A DNA stretch of 38,353 nucleotides from Porticoccaceae bacterium (GTDB lineage: Bacteria > Pseudomonadota > Gammaproteobacteria > Pseudomonadales > Porticoccaceae): assembly GCA_041571855.1 (NCBI GenBank), contig JBFFTH010000001.1, forward strand, positions 1 to 38,353, in the 5' to 3' direction. The notes beneath the pieces are model-generated. The model searched no databases and had not been told where the DNA came from. It worked only from the letters and a program-made list of their open reading frames with translations. Positions 19,503 to 29,635 of the stretch are shown here, in pieces. The position numbers and the translations under genes are program-made. Position 1 is the first letter of the stretch. Each line of letters begins with the position of its first letter.

Positions 19503-21962
19503 TCAGAGGGGATCTGCTGCTTTGGCTTTGCCTTCCTTCAAATCCTCCAAGGTCAGGCCCAGCTCCGCCTCAATCCCTGCGAGGTCCAGCTCATCGACGT
19601 CAATGGTGAAGTCATCATCGTCAGCCGCGGACATACTGCTATCGATTTCAACTTTGCCCCAGTCACCGGTTTCCCTGGCCAGTTCCTCGGCCAGCGCCTC
19701 CATGGGCTTCTTTTTGCTCTGCTCTTTCGTGTCGGCAGCCTGCTGGTCTCCAGCTTCAGCCCCGGGTGCTTCCGTCTCCGGGTGCCGCGTGAGGTCAGTC
19801 TCACCTTCGAGAGAGTCCTGGGCATCACTCTCAAGTGCGTCCTGGTCCTGATTGTCATCTGCCATTGCGGGCACGTCAGCCGAGGATTCGCTTTCTGATG
19901 CGATCGATTCCTCCAGTTCGCGGAGCTCGACACCCGCCTCAGCCAGGGCATCGCCAGGGAAGACTTCCTCCGGCAGGTGGAAGCCGGACACCGATGCCTT
20001 CAGATCAATTGCCAGGTCTGCCAGCGTACCAATACTGTCGGCGGTTTTCTGTGTGCCCGACAAAGTTTGCGAGGTAATATCCTGAATCACATTCATGGTT
20101 TGGGAAATATGACCAGCCGTTGTCGACTGTTGCGTGGCCGCAGTGGAGATATCCCGAATCAGGCGAGCCAGGCTGGAAGATACCGTTTCAATCTCCTCCA
20201 GCGCCACACCGGCGTTTTGCGCCAGATCAGCCCCTTTCACCACCTCAGCGGTTGTCTGCTCCATCGAGCTGACCGCCTCATTGGTATCGGTTTGAATGGT
20301 TTTAACCAGGGAGGCGATCTGTTTTGTCGCACCGGCAGAGCGCTCTGCAAGGCGCTGCACCTCGTCGGCAACTACTGCAAATCCACGGCCGGCGTCTCCC
20401 GCCATGGAGGCCTGGATGGCAGCATTCAGCGCAAGGATGTTGGTCTGCTCGGCGATATCATTGATCAGGGACACGATGTCACCGATCTCCTGGGAGCTTT
20501 CTCCCAGCTGCTTGATGCGCTTTGAGGTGTCCTGAATCTGCTCGCGAATAGTATCCATGCCCTTGATGGTATTTTGCACCGCATCCGAGCCGGCCTTGGC
20601 GATGGACTCAGAACGATCAGCGACCTCCGCCGAGGCCGAGGCATTTGAGGAAACCTGGTCGATGGTAACCGCCATCTCGTTGACTGCTTGTGATGCGCCG
20701 GCAATTTCCTCCGCCTGGTGCTGGGATGCCCCCATTAACTGCTCTGCAGTCAGACTGGTTTCGTAGGCGGCGCTTGATACCGCCTCGGACGCCGCCTGGA
20801 TACGTTTCACAAGAATCCTCAGCTGGTCAATGGCGTAGTTAATAGAGTCCGCAATGGCGCCGGTAAAATCTTCCGTGACCGTGGCATAAGAGCGCAGATC
20901 ACCGTCCGCAAGATCGCTGATCTCGTCCAGCAATCGCAAAATGGCCTGCTGGCTGGCAGCGTTTGCATCTGCAGACGCGCGCAGACTGCGCCGGGTTCCC
21001 CGATAACCCGACAGACCAATCAGCATAAGCAGGGCGACAATCACTGCTGCTGCAATAAGGAGCGTCTTGTTGTTCAACTGACGTTGATCCGGCAGCGCTT
21101 CAATATCAGTGACCAGCACACTGATTTTTTCCTGCAGGGCCGGGGCGTCGGAAAAAATCGCATCCGTCGCCTGCCGCGCCGCAAACAGTGCCGGCGTTGC
21201 CTCCACAATCTTGTTAATCGAGCTGTTGACGAACTCAAACTGTTCAGCAATCCGGGCGAGACTCTCCTTGGCCTGCGGACTGCCGATTTGGCTGACGCCC
21301 AGCTGGTCATCACCATTGCGCATGCCATTCAGCACCCTGCCGAAAAGCTTGGCATCGCCATTGAACTGTTCTGCAGCGGCTTTTGCATCCGAGCGCCCGG
21401 CAAGCATCTTGTCAATATTGCGACCAACTTTCTCTGCACGCCATGACTGGGCCTGGGCGACGGCCACCTGGTCGGCCGGGGCATTGTTGGCAAGCAGCCG
21501 TTCGACGACACGGGTATGCTCCTGCTGCAGCCTGGGCAGGTTGTTGTTGAGTGTTTGAGCGATCTGGTGCAAAAACAGAATTCGCTCTTCGTTGTCGAGT
21601 AGCGTGTTCGCATTTTTTCGCGTGCGGGTAAGGATGACGCCCGGATCAGCCAGGGAAGAACCGGAAATCTCACCACCCATAATCTTTTCCAGCTCTGCCC
21701 AGCTTGCTTCCATTCGATCAAGCAGTGCACCGAGCTGGACAAAGGCCGCCTGGCTGCCGTTTACCGCCTCCTGAGACAGGGCCACTGCACGGTAAGAGGA
21801 TGTGCGGACATCTGCAGCGAGCTGAAGTGCTTTTTGATCGCGGTCGTTATTTTGAAAAACCGTAAACAGGTTAAAGCTCAGAAACCCAAGCGTCAGAAGC
21901 AACAGGATGTACAAAAAATTCCTCATTGATCCTGATTGCGCTTTAGTGGCTCTTTTTTTCAT
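19503..21962 (-). CDS. pilJ: type IV pilus methyl-accepting chemotaxis transducer PilJ, with a long acidic C-terminal extension
   Basis: 819 aa. N-terminal TM segment, periplasmic domain, second TM segment, HAMP. MCP signalling hairpin ([40 protein letters not shown]). Located between pilI and chpA. Confidence 0.93.
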   Translation of the reverse strand: MKKRATKAQSGSMRNFLYILLLLTLGFLSFNLFTVFQNNDRDQKALQLAADVRTSSYRAVALSQEAVNGSQAAFVQLGALLDRMEASWAELEKIMGGEISGSSLADPGVILTRTRKNANTLLDNEERILFLHQIAQTLNNNLPRLQQEHTRVVERLLANNAPADQVAVAQAQSWRAEKVGRNIDKMLAGRSDAKAAAEQFNGDAKLFGRVLNGMRNGDDQLGVSQIGSPQAKESLARIAEQFEFVNSSINKIVEATPALFAARQATDAIFSDAPALQEKISVLVTDIEALPDQRQLNNKTLLIAAAVIVALLMLIGLSGYRGTRRSLRASADANAASQQAILRLLDEISDLADGDLRSYATVTEDFTGAIADSINYAIDQLRILVKRIQAASEAVSSAAYETSLTAEQLMGASQHQAEEIAGASQAVNEMAVTIDQVSSNASASAEVADRSESIAKAGSDAVQNTIKGMDTIREQIQDTSKRIKQLGESSQEIGDIVSLINDIAEQTNILALNAAIQASMAGDAGRGFAVVADEVQRLAERSAGATKQIASLVKTIQTDTNEAVSSMEQTTAEVVKGADLAQNAGVALEEIETVSSSLARLIRDISTAATQQSTTAGHISQTMNVIQDITSQTLSGTQKTADSIGTLADLAIDLKASVSGFHLPEEVFPGDALAEAGVELRELEESIASESESSADVPAMADDNQDQDALESDAQDSLEGETDLTRHPETEAPGAEAGDQQAADTKEQSKKKPMEALAEELARETGDWGKVEIDSSMSAADDDDFTIDVDELDLAGIEAELGLTLEDLKEGKAKAADPL

Positions 21963-22045
21963 CTTTCTCTCACCTCGAGCGATTTACCTTCGCTGTCTGA
22001 TTATTAATTTACTCTTGTCCAGCCACCGGCATACTGCAGGCCGGC

Positions 22046-22585
22046 CTAAGCGGCGACATCCAGGAAACTGGCGTCCTCCACCAGCCTGGCTGGCTGAAAT
22101 AACAGCCAGCGCTGACCCTCGTGCTCGAAGCAGCCCTCAGTATAGGGCGCCAATACTTCGGGCATGCCTTCAACGTTGTCGTTATAGGTATTGACCTTGA
22201 AGTGTCTCATGCCGTGGACGCTGTCTACTGACAGGCCCACGTAAACATCATCAAAATCAAGCACAATCACTCTTTGCTGCTGCGGTGGGGTTTTGGCACG
22301 GCCACCGAGGAACTCGGCGAAGCAAATCACGGGGAGCAGCCGCCCGTGAAGGTTGGCCACACCTTTGACCCAGGGCTTTACCCTCGGCAACTGGGTTGTA
22401 TGGGGCAATACCAGCAGCTCACAGATTTCCTCCAGCGCAACGGCAAGATTAAATCCAAGCAGTGAAAAACACACCATCAGGCGAGTGGGAACAATATCTT
22501 CCTGCGCCGGCAACCCCTTGCCCTGTTCGACAAAACGCTGTGACAACGCCTGTAGCGCTGTGAAGATGTTCGCTGACTCAATCAT
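22046..22585 (-). CDS. pilI: CheW-like protein PilI
   Basis: 179 aa, single CheW domain, positioned between pilH and pilJ. Confidence 0.88.
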   Translation of the reverse strand: MIESANIFTALQALSQRFVEQGKGLPAQEDIVPTRLMVCFSLLGFNLAVALEEICELLVLPHTTQLPRVKPWVKGVANLHGRLLPVICFAEFLGGRAKTPPQQQRVIVLDFDDVYVGLSVDSVHGMRHFKVNTYNDNVEGMPEVLAPYTEGCFEHEGQRWLLFQPARLVEDASFLDVAA

Positions 22586-22619
22586 CCCAACTTTACCGCC
22601 CGGGCATCGCCCCCGACAA

Positions 22620-22982
22620 TTAGCCCAACACCTCTTTCAGTGTTGATATGAGTTGCTTTTCGCTGACCGGCTTGGTCAGAAATGCCTTTGCCCCCTGGCG
22701 CAGCCCCCAGACACGATCAGTCTCCTGGTCTTTGGCACTGACAATAATCACCGGTATATGGTTGGTTTTTCCCGACCTGCTCAGCTGGCGCGTGGCCTGA
22801 AAACCGTTCAGGCCGGGCATCACAACATCCATCAAAATCACATCCGGCTGCTGGCGTTCGGCGAGACCCACACCATCCTCACCACTATCGGCCAGCACCA
22901 CGGCATGGCCGTTTTTTTTCAACATGGCGCAGAGCAGGTGGGATTCTGTCGGGGAGTCATCTACTATCAACACATTAGCCAT
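22620..22982 (-). CDS. pilH: single-domain response regulator PilH
   Basis: MANVLIVDDSPTE..DVVMPGLNGFQATRQL..TKP closely parallels P. aeruginosa PilH. The ATG at 22982 has an AGGAG RBS 10 nt upstream. The ORF-track GTG at 22991 abuts that RBS. Confidence 0.92.
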   Translation of the reverse strand: MANVLIVDDSPTESHLLCAMLKKNGHAVVLADSGEDGVGLAERQQPDVILMDVVMPGLNGFQATRQLSRSGKTNHIPVIIVSAKDQETDRVWGLRQGAKAFLTKPVSEKQLISTLKEVLG

Positions 22983-23027
22983 TCTCGTCACTCTCCTGGC
23001 AATCTTTAAATCTCAGAAACTGTGAGC

Positions 23028-23426
23028 CTAGCCTTCCGCCAGCGAATGAGGCGAAAACTTGCCGAGTGCATCAAACAACTCACTCTTGCTGAAAGGCTTG
23101 GTGAGGTAATCATCCGCTCCGACGATGCGGCCTTTTGCCTTGTCAAAAAGGCCGTCCTTGCTCGAGAGCATAATGACGGGGGTATCTTTAAACTGACTGT
23201 TGTTTTTGATCAGGGCGCAAGTCTGATAACCGTCAAGGCGCGGCATCATGATATCCACAAATATCACGTCCGGACGCCAATCGGCTATTTTGGCCAGCGA
23301 ATCAAAGCCGTCGACGGCGGTCATCACCTCACAACCTGCCTTGCTCAAAAGGGTCTCGGCCGTACGGCGGATCGTATTGCTGTCATCAATGACCATGACC
23401 TTGGTATTCTGCGAATCTTCCGACAT
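23028..23426 (-). CDS. pilG: single-domain response regulator PilG
   Basis: KVMVIDDSNTIRRTAETLL..FVDIMMPRLDGYQTCALIKNN..PVIMLSSKDGLFDKAKGRIVG..YLTKPFSK is near-identical in motif order to P. aeruginosa PilG. Confidence 0.95.
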   Translation of the reverse strand: MSEDSQNTKVMVIDDSNTIRRTAETLLSKAGCEVMTAVDGFDSLAKIADWRPDVIFVDIMMPRLDGYQTCALIKNNSQFKDTPVIMLSSKDGLFDKAKGRIVGADDYLTKPFSKSELFDALGKFSPHSLAEG

Positions 23427-23639
23427 TTACCCCACCCCGCCTCCTGAAATGCGATTGCTGGCAACTTGTAACACAATCACTTTGCTTTATCCATAACGTC
23501 GGGCACGAAACCGTGGATTCTGCCACTTTAGTCTGTTGCCTGTTGCCATGCTTGCTTTCTGCCCTTAACGTAGCCTGTGGCCTAGAGCCATAATGATAAT
23601 GAAGAATCGCATAAAAAAGGCGTGACACAGCTAACAGAT

Positions 23640-24602
23640 ATGATGAGAACACTCGGTGTGGTGATGGATCCCATCACCAATATAAGCTTCCACAAGGATA
23701 CCACGCTCGCACTGCTGCTCGCGGCGCAGGGCCGCGGTTGGCAAATTCTCTACATGGAACAGCGGGACTTGATGCTCGCCGATGGCGAACCCATGGCATG
23801 GGCAAAACCGCTTATCGTCCACGACAATCCTGCCCAATGGTATGAGCTGGGCGACCCGTGCCAGATCAACCTGGGCCAGCTCCAGGCCATCCTGATGCGC
23901 AAGGATCCCCCCTTTGACAGCGAGTATATTTATTCAACCTATATCCTGGAGGCCGCGCAGCGGCGCGGGTCGCTGGTGGTCAATCGCCCGCAGAGCCTGC
24001 GCGACTGCAATGAGAAAATATTTGCAACGGAATTTCCCCAATGCTGCCCGCCGCTCCTTGTCAGCAGCAGTCCGGACAGGTTGCGGGAATTCTACCGCCA
24101 GCACGGCACCACGATCTTCAAGCCGCTGGACAACATGGGTGGCAGCGATGTCTTCAAAGTATCGCCGGGCGATCCCAATCTGGGTGTGATTATTGAAACA
24201 CTGACGGCCTACGGATCCCGCACCATCATGGCGCAAAAATTTATTCCCGACATCACTAACGGTGACAAGCGTATCCTCATGGTCAGCGGCGAGCCTATCC
24301 CTTTCTGCCTGGCGCGAATCCCTGCCGAGGGCGAGTTCCGCGGCAACCTGGCTGCTGGCGGCAGTGGCGTGGTTCAACCCCTGAGCGAAAGGGACTACTG
24401 GATTGCCGGGCAGATAGGCCCCACCCTCAGGGAAAAAGGGCTGCTTTTTGTCGGCCTCGACGTCATCGGCGATTACCTTACCGAAATCAATGTCACCAGC
24501 CCGACCTGCCTGAGAGAAATCGAAAGGGCGGAACAACCGGCCATTGCGGATAAATTGTTTGATGCTATAGAAGATATCCTCCAGCAGCGGGAAAACAGCT
24601 GA
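23640..24602 (+). CDS. gshB: glutathione synthetase
   Basis: (M)MRTLGVVMDPITNISFHKDT parallels the E. coli GshB N-terminus (MIKLGIVMDPIANINIKKDSS). ATP-grasp C-terminal half. Start ATG 23640 or 23643. The GTG at 23622 in the ORF track is probably too far upstream. Confidence 0.92.
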   Translation: MMRTLGVVMDPITNISFHKDTTLALLLAAQGRGWQILYMEQRDLMLADGEPMAWAKPLIVHDNPAQWYELGDPCQINLGQLQAILMRKDPPFDSEYIYSTYILEAAQRRGSLVVNRPQSLRDCNEKIFATEFPQCCPPLLVSSSPDRLREFYRQHGTTIFKPLDNMGGSDVFKVSPGDPNLGVIIETLTAYGSRTIMAQKFIPDITNGDKRILMVSGEPIPFCLARIPAEGEFRGNLAAGGSGVVQPLSERDYWIAGQIGPTLREKGLLFVGLDVIGDYLTEINVTSPTCLREIERAEQPAIADKLFDAIEDILQQRENS

Positions 24603-24605
24603 CCC

Positions 24606-25490
24606 GTGATTACTGTTTTCCCCCAGACACGAGCGGAAAATAGCGGCGATCGTTTCGCATTCTCCGTGTTTGTCGCAATCGCCGCCCACGCGCTGGTAAT
24701 TTTCGGAATCGGCTTTAAATTGATGCAACCCTCGCCTCAGAGCAGCTCGCTGGAAATAACCCTGGCTCAGTATGCGACGGAAAAGCCTGATCCCGAGGCT
24801 GATTTCCTGGCCCAGGCCAATCAGCAGGGCAGCGGCGAACTGGAGCAGCCAAAGGAAATCACTGCGTTGCAGGAAACGCCTTTTGAAGACAAGCTTCAGC
24901 GTGAAACAGCTGCGCCTCCACAGCAGCTTGAGCAGCGGTACGAAACCCTCGACAGGGCTCAGCTGACAACCTCGGCGCAGACCGTGGACAGCAGCAATAC
25001 CAGCCCGGAAAGAGAGCCGCGAAACAGCGAAATCTCTCCTGCGCCCCAGACAGCAGCGCTACTTCGCCAGATCGCCAGCCTTAAGTCCCAGCTCGACCAG
25101 CAACAGCAGGCCTATGCCAATAAACCGCGCACCCGCCGCCTGAACACTGTCAGCACTGTGGCCGGTCCGGAAGCGGCTTACCTCTTCGACTGGCAACGGC
25201 ATATAGAAATGGTCGGCAATCAGAACTATCCCCCTGAAGCGCGCCAGAGAAAAATTTATGGCGACCTGAGAATGGCTGTCATCCTGCTGCCCGATGGCAG
25301 TGTCGAAGATGTCGAGATACTGCGCAGTTCCGGACAACGGGTGCTGGATGCTGCCGCCATCCGCATCGTGCGCCTGGCTTCACCCTTCAAACCGCTACCG
25401 CCCGAGGTTTTAGGTAACCACGACCGTCTCGAGATCATTCGCACCTGGCGCTTTGAGCGCGGCATCGAGCTCAATTCAGGCCAGCAGTAA
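24606..25490 (+). CDS. tonB: TonB-family energy transducer (TonB3-like, position conserved next to gshB/pilG)
   Basis: N-terminal TM anchor (FAFSVFVAIAAHALVIFGIGF). Low-complexity P/Q/E-rich linker. C-terminal TonB domain (YPPEARQRKIYGDLRMAVILLPDGSVEDVEILRSSGQRVLDAAAIRIV). Confidence 0.8.
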   Translation: MITVFPQTRAENSGDRFAFSVFVAIAAHALVIFGIGFKLMQPSPQSSSLEITLAQYATEKPDPEADFLAQANQQGSGELEQPKEITALQETPFEDKLQRETAAPPQQLEQRYETLDRAQLTTSAQTVDSSNTSPEREPRNSEISPAPQTAALLRQIASLKSQLDQQQQAYANKPRTRRLNTVSTVAGPEAAYLFDWQRHIEMVGNQNYPPEARQRKIYGDLRMAVILLPDGSVEDVEILRSSGQRVLDAAAIRIVRLASPFKPLPPEVLGNHDRLEIIRTWRFERGIELNSGQQ

Positions 25491-25560
25491 ACTGAACTAT
25501 TGCCCCGACAAACCGAATCCACGACTTGAGTTCTCACGGCTTTGCCACAATACTCAGAAA

Positions 25561-26139
25561 ATGAACACGCCCAAAACCACATCGCCAACCTCTCTTAAGA
25601 ACCACTTTCTGCTGGCCACGCCGGAGTTGTACGGGACGGAGTTTGCCAATGCCGTAATCTACCTCTGTGAGCACAACGAAGACGGCGCCATGGGACTGAT
25701 CATCAACCAGCCGCTCGATATCCCCCTGAGCGCAATTTTTGAGCAATTCAACCTCGCGTACAGCGAACAGAGTGGCGATCACATTGTTTTTAGCGGTGGC
25801 CCGGTTCAGGTTGATCGTGGTTTTGTCCTGCACCGCCCCGCGGCCAAGTCATGGGAGGCGACCCAGGCGATAACAGACAAGGTCAGCCTGACTTCTTCCA
25901 GCGATATCATCATCGATATGGCGTCGGAAACAGGGCCAAAGGACGCCCTCATCATTCTCGGTTATGCCGGCTGGGAAGCGGGACAACTGGAAGCGGAGCT
26001 GGCCACCAATGCATGGATCACAGCGCCCGCCAGCAGTGATGTGCTTTTTGAGACGCCTTACAACGAGCGCGCCAATGTGGCGGCTGCAAAGATTGGCGTT
26101 GATTTGCAAAAACTGAGCCGCACAATCGGTCACGCCTGA
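25561..26139 (+). CDS. algH: YqgE/AlgH family protein
   Basis: NHFLLATPEL..FANAVIYLCEHNEDGAMGLIINQP.. The ATG at 25561 gives 192 aa. The ORF-track start at 25453 overlaps the tonB 3' end and adds non-conserved residues. Confidence 0.9.
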   Translation: MNTPKTTSPTSLKNHFLLATPELYGTEFANAVIYLCEHNEDGAMGLIINQPLDIPLSAIFEQFNLAYSEQSGDHIVFSGGPVQVDRGFVLHRPAAKSWEATQAITDKVSLTSSSDIIIDMASETGPKDALIILGYAGWEAGQLEAELATNAWITAPASSDVLFETPYNERANVAAAKIGVDLQKLSRTIGHA

Positions 26140-26140
26140 T

Positions 26141-26575
26141 ATGTCGGGACATCTGACTGTGCTGGCCTTCGACTATGGCACCCGGCAGATTGGCGTCGCC
26201 GTGGGCCAGACCCTGACCGGCACGGCCACCCCTGTTACCGTCCTCAAGGCCCGCGACGGAATCCCAGACTGGGAGAAAATCTCGGCACTGCTGGACAGAT
26301 GGCAACCCCGGAAACTGCTGGTTGGTTTGCCCTTGAACATGGATGGCAGCCGCAGCGAGTTCTGCTCCCGCGCCGAAAAGTTTGCCCGGCGCCTTCACGG
26401 TCGCTTTGGACTCCCGGTGGAGATGATGGACGAGCGACTGAGTACTTTTGAAGCCAAGCAGCAGCTCCCGCGGCGCAGCAGCTACAGAGAGAATCCGGTG
26501 GACGACAGCGCTGCCTGCCTGATCCTTGAAAGCTGGCTACAGAGCCCGGAGAGCGGTCTGCCTGTTAACAGCTGA
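26141..26575 (+). CDS. ruvX: Holliday junction resolvase-like / pre-16S rRNA nuclease RuvX (YqgF)
   Basis: LAFDYGTRQIGVAVGQ..VGLPLNMDGS..DERLSTFEA matches E. coli YqgF throughout. Confidence 0.93.
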   Translation: MSGHLTVLAFDYGTRQIGVAVGQTLTGTATPVTVLKARDGIPDWEKISALLDRWQPRKLLVGLPLNMDGSRSEFCSRAEKFARRLHGRFGLPVEMMDERLSTFEAKQQLPRRSSYRENPVDDSAACLILESWLQSPESGLPVNS

Positions 26576-26589
26576 GGCAGAGCCGGCCG

Positions 26590-27732
26590 CTAGTAGCGGC
26601 GGAAGCGGTCATTGTGTTCCTCTTCCACCTGCAACTCATCGGCCGCATGGGACAGGTAAGTTGAATCCGTCTCTGACTTGAGCTTGATCATCAGGCGCAA
26701 ATCATTTTTGGAATCGGCGTAGGTAATGGCGTCCTCGTAATTGATAATGCCCTCGTCATAGAGCTCGAACAGGGCCTGGTCAAAGGTTTTCATGCCCTGC
26801 TCTGTGGAGCGGGCCATCACTTCCTTGATCTTGTGAACCTCCCCTTTGCGGATCAGGTCGGAAACAAACGGGGTGTTGATCAGAATTTCGACTGCCGCCC
26901 TTCGACCTGAACCGTCGGCCATTGGCAGCAATTGCTGGGCAATCATGGCTTTCATATTCAGCGACAGATCCATCCACAATTGTGTGTGCCGCTCTGCCGG
27001 GAAGAAGTGCTGAATCCTGTCCAGCGCCTGGTTGGCATTGTTGGCATGCAGCGTCGCCAGGACGAGGTGACCGGTCTCGGCGAAGGTTATAGCGTGTTCC
27101 ATGGTTTCACGGGTACGAATCTCGCCGATCAGGATCACGTCCGGCGCCTGCCGCAAGGTGTTGCGCAGCGCCACCTCAAAAGATTCCGTATCCACCCCGA
27201 CCTCACGCTGGGTGACGATACAGCTTTCATGCTGGTGGACAAACTCGATCGGATCCTCAACGGAAATGATGTGCCCATGGCTATTGCGATTGCGGTGACC
27301 AATCATCGCCGCCAGCGACGTGGACTTACCGGTTCCGGTCGCGCCGACGAAGATAATAATACCGCGCTTGGTCATCACCAGTTCATCGAGAATCGGCGGC
27401 AGTAGCAACTGCTCCACGGTTGGAATAACAGTTTCAATGCGGCGCAGAACCATGCCCACTTCGTTGCGCTGGTAGAAGGCGCTGACCCTGAAGCGGCCGA
27501 TATCATGCCGGCCAATGGCAAAGTTAAGCTCTTTCTTGTCCCTGAATTCAGCGCGCTGTTTTTCATCCATAATGCTTTCCACGATCACCCTCGCAGCTTC
27601 ATTATTCAGCACGTTTTTGCCGACAGGCATGATCTGCCCGTTTACCTTGATGCTGGGTGGCACCCCAACGGTAATAAAGAGGTCTGAAGCATCCTTATCT
27701 ACCACCAACTTGAGCAGCGCATCAAAATCCAT
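26590..27732 (-). CDS. pilU: type IVa pilus ATPase PilU
   Basis: 380 aa. MDFDALLKLVVDKDASDLFITVGVPPSIKVNG, Walker A GATGTGKST. Collinear with P. aeruginosa PilU. Downstream of pilT. Confidence 0.93.
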   Translation of the reverse strand: MDFDALLKLVVDKDASDLFITVGVPPSIKVNGQIMPVGKNVLNNEAARVIVESIMDEKQRAEFRDKKELNFAIGRHDIGRFRVSAFYQRNEVGMVLRRIETVIPTVEQLLLPPILDELVMTKRGIIIFVGATGTGKSTSLAAMIGHRNRNSHGHIISVEDPIEFVHQHESCIVTQREVGVDTESFEVALRNTLRQAPDVILIGEIRTRETMEHAITFAETGHLVLATLHANNANQALDRIQHFFPAERHTQLWMDLSLNMKAMIAQQLLPMADGSGRRAAVEILINTPFVSDLIRKGEVHKIKEVMARSTEQGMKTFDQALFELYDEGIINYEDAITYADSKNDLRLMIKLKSETDSTYLSHAADELQVEEEHNDRFRRY

Positions 27733-27784
27733 CGTTTACTCCTAAATCGTATTAATTTTCTGTAGCAGAACACTGGCACCGGCG

Positions 27785-28819
27785 CTAGAAATCACTGGCA
27801 ATCTTCGCTTTCTCGCGCGCTGTTTCCGCGGTGATAACTTTCTGTTGCACCAACCGGTGCAGGCACTGGTCCATCGTCTGCATTCCATGGCCGGCGCCGG
27901 TCTGGATCGCTGAATACATCTGCGCCACCTTGTCCTCTCGAATCAGGTTCCGGATTGCCGGTGTGCCCACCATAATTTCATGCGCAGCAATACGGCCACC
28001 GCCGATCTTTTTCATCAGGGTTTGGGCGATCACCGCCTGCAGAGATTCCGACAACATGGAGCGAACCATGGCCTTTTCCTCCCCTGGAAACACATCAACC
28101 ACCCGGTCAATGGTTTTAGAGGCCGACGAAGTATGCAGGGTACCAAACACCAGGTGTCCGGTTTCTGCAGCTGTGAGGGCAAGCCTGATCGTCTCCAGGT
28201 CACGCAGCTCACCCACAAGAATCACATCCGGATCCTCCCGCAGTGCGGAGCGCAGTGCCTCGGCAAAGCCGTGGGTATCCCGGTGCACTTCGCGCTGGTT
28301 GAGCAGGCATTTCTTGCTCTCGTGAACAAATTCGATAGGGTCTTCAATCGTCAGGATATGCTGGTACCTGTTTTCATTGACGTAGTCCACCATCGCCGCC
28401 AGGGTAGTGGATTTTCCGGAGCCGGTCGGCCCGGTGACCAGCACCAGGCCCCGAGGCAACATGGACAGGTCGCGGAATATCTGACCAAAGCCCAGATCTT
28501 CAAGGGTCAGAACCCGGGACGGAATAGTACGGAAAACGGCGGCCGCACCACGGTCCTGGTTGAATGCGTTGACCCTGAAGCGCGCTACGCCCGGAACCTC
28601 AAAAGAAAAATCGGTTTCGAGAAACTCCTCGTAATCCCGCCGCTGCTTGTCATTCATGATCTCGTAGATCAAACTATGCACTTCCTTGTGATCCATGGCG
28701 GGCAGATTGACCCGGCGAATATCGCCGTCAATTCTAATCATGGGTGGCAACCCGGCCGAAAGGTGCAAATCCGAAGAACCCTGCTTAACGCTAAAGGCGA
28801 GAAGTTCCGTAATGTCCAT
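27785..28819 (-). CDS. pilT: type IVa pilus retraction ATPase PilT
   Basis: MDITELLAFSVKQGSSDLHL.., Walker A GPTGSGKST, signature GTPAIRNLIRE. 344 aa from the ATG at 28819. The ORF-track start at 28864 adds 15 residues. Confidence 0.95.
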   Translation of the reverse strand: MDITELLAFSVKQGSSDLHLSAGLPPMIRIDGDIRRVNLPAMDHKEVHSLIYEIMNDKQRRDYEEFLETDFSFEVPGVARFRVNAFNQDRGAAAVFRTIPSRVLTLEDLGFGQIFRDLSMLPRGLVLVTGPTGSGKSTTLAAMVDYVNENRYQHILTIEDPIEFVHESKKCLLNQREVHRDTHGFAEALRSALREDPDVILVGELRDLETIRLALTAAETGHLVFGTLHTSSASKTIDRVVDVFPGEEKAMVRSMLSESLQAVIAQTLMKKIGGGRIAAHEIMVGTPAIRNLIREDKVAQMYSAIQTGAGHGMQTMDQCLHRLVQQKVITAETAREKAKIASDF

Positions 28820-28893
28820 AAAGTATTCTCTTTTGTTTTTGAAGCTGGCGCACACCTGCAACACAACCTGTCGGTGCCGTCCAACCTAACTAT

Positions 28894-29610
28894 ATGCCCA
28901 ATATCGCCCAAAATATCAACCGCATCTCCGAGCGTATCGAAAAAGCAGCAAAAAAAGTGGGTCGCGCCAGCTCGGACATAACCCTGCTGGCCGTCAGCAA
29001 AGGGCATCCCGCCTCGGCTGTCAAGACAGCTTACCAATATGGCCTGAAACACTTTGGCGAGAGCTATCTGCAGGAGGCACTGCAGAAACTCGACGACCTT
29101 GCAAGCTTCACCGACATAACCTGGCACTTTGTCGGCCCCCTGCAAAGCAATAAAACACGAAAGGTTGCGCAACGTTTTGACTGGGTTCACAGTATCGACC
29201 GAGTCAAGGTGGCACAACGGCTGAATGAACAGCGGCCGGCGGATAAAGCACCGCTCAACGTCTGCCTGCAGGTCAATATCGACAACGAGACCTCTAAAGC
29301 CGGTGTCGTCATTGACGAATTGCCGCATCTGGCTGCAGCCGTGGCGAAACTGCCCAATCTCAAATTGCGCGGGCTGATGGTAATTCCAAAAGCCACTGAA
29401 AATATCACACAACAGCATCTGGCTTTCAGCAGGACAGCAGAAATACTGCAAGAGCTCAAGCAGCGCGATCCCGAGCTGGCCGCAATGGACACACTATCCA
29501 TGGGCATGTCAGGGGACATGGAAGCGGCTATTATTGAAGGCGCGACAATCGTTCGCGTGGGCACGGGTATTTTTGGTCGACGCCAAACCGTGTCAAAATC
29601 CTCAAACTGA
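28894..29610 (+). CDS. yggS: YggS-family pyridoxal-phosphate homeostasis protein
   Basis: LLAVSKGHP (PLP lysine), WHFVGPLQSNK, RVGTGIFG. Confidence 0.92.
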   Translation: MPNIAQNINRISERIEKAAKKVGRASSDITLLAVSKGHPASAVKTAYQYGLKHFGESYLQEALQKLDDLASFTDITWHFVGPLQSNKTRKVAQRFDWVHSIDRVKVAQRLNEQRPADKAPLNVCLQVNIDNETSKAGVVIDELPHLAAAVAKLPNLKLRGLMVIPKATENITQQHLAFSRTAEILQELKQRDPELAAMDTLSMGMSGDMEAAIIEGATIVRVGTGIFGRRQTVSKSSN

Positions 29611-29635
29611 ATATCAATTGTAAGGGAATTTACTC

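Noticed and set aside
28840-28860. TGGCGC-N5-TGCA resembling a sigma54 -24/-12 element between pilT and yggS
   Set aside because: The GG-to-GC spacing is one nucleotide short of the consensus. It points toward yggS, a housekeeping gene not expected to be RpoN-dependent.
27980-29451. A 333-aa plus-strand ORF antisense to pilT and a 237-aa minus-strand ORF antisense to yggS
   Set aside because: PilT and YggS have unambiguous motifs on the opposite strands. The antisense translations have no recognisable motifs.
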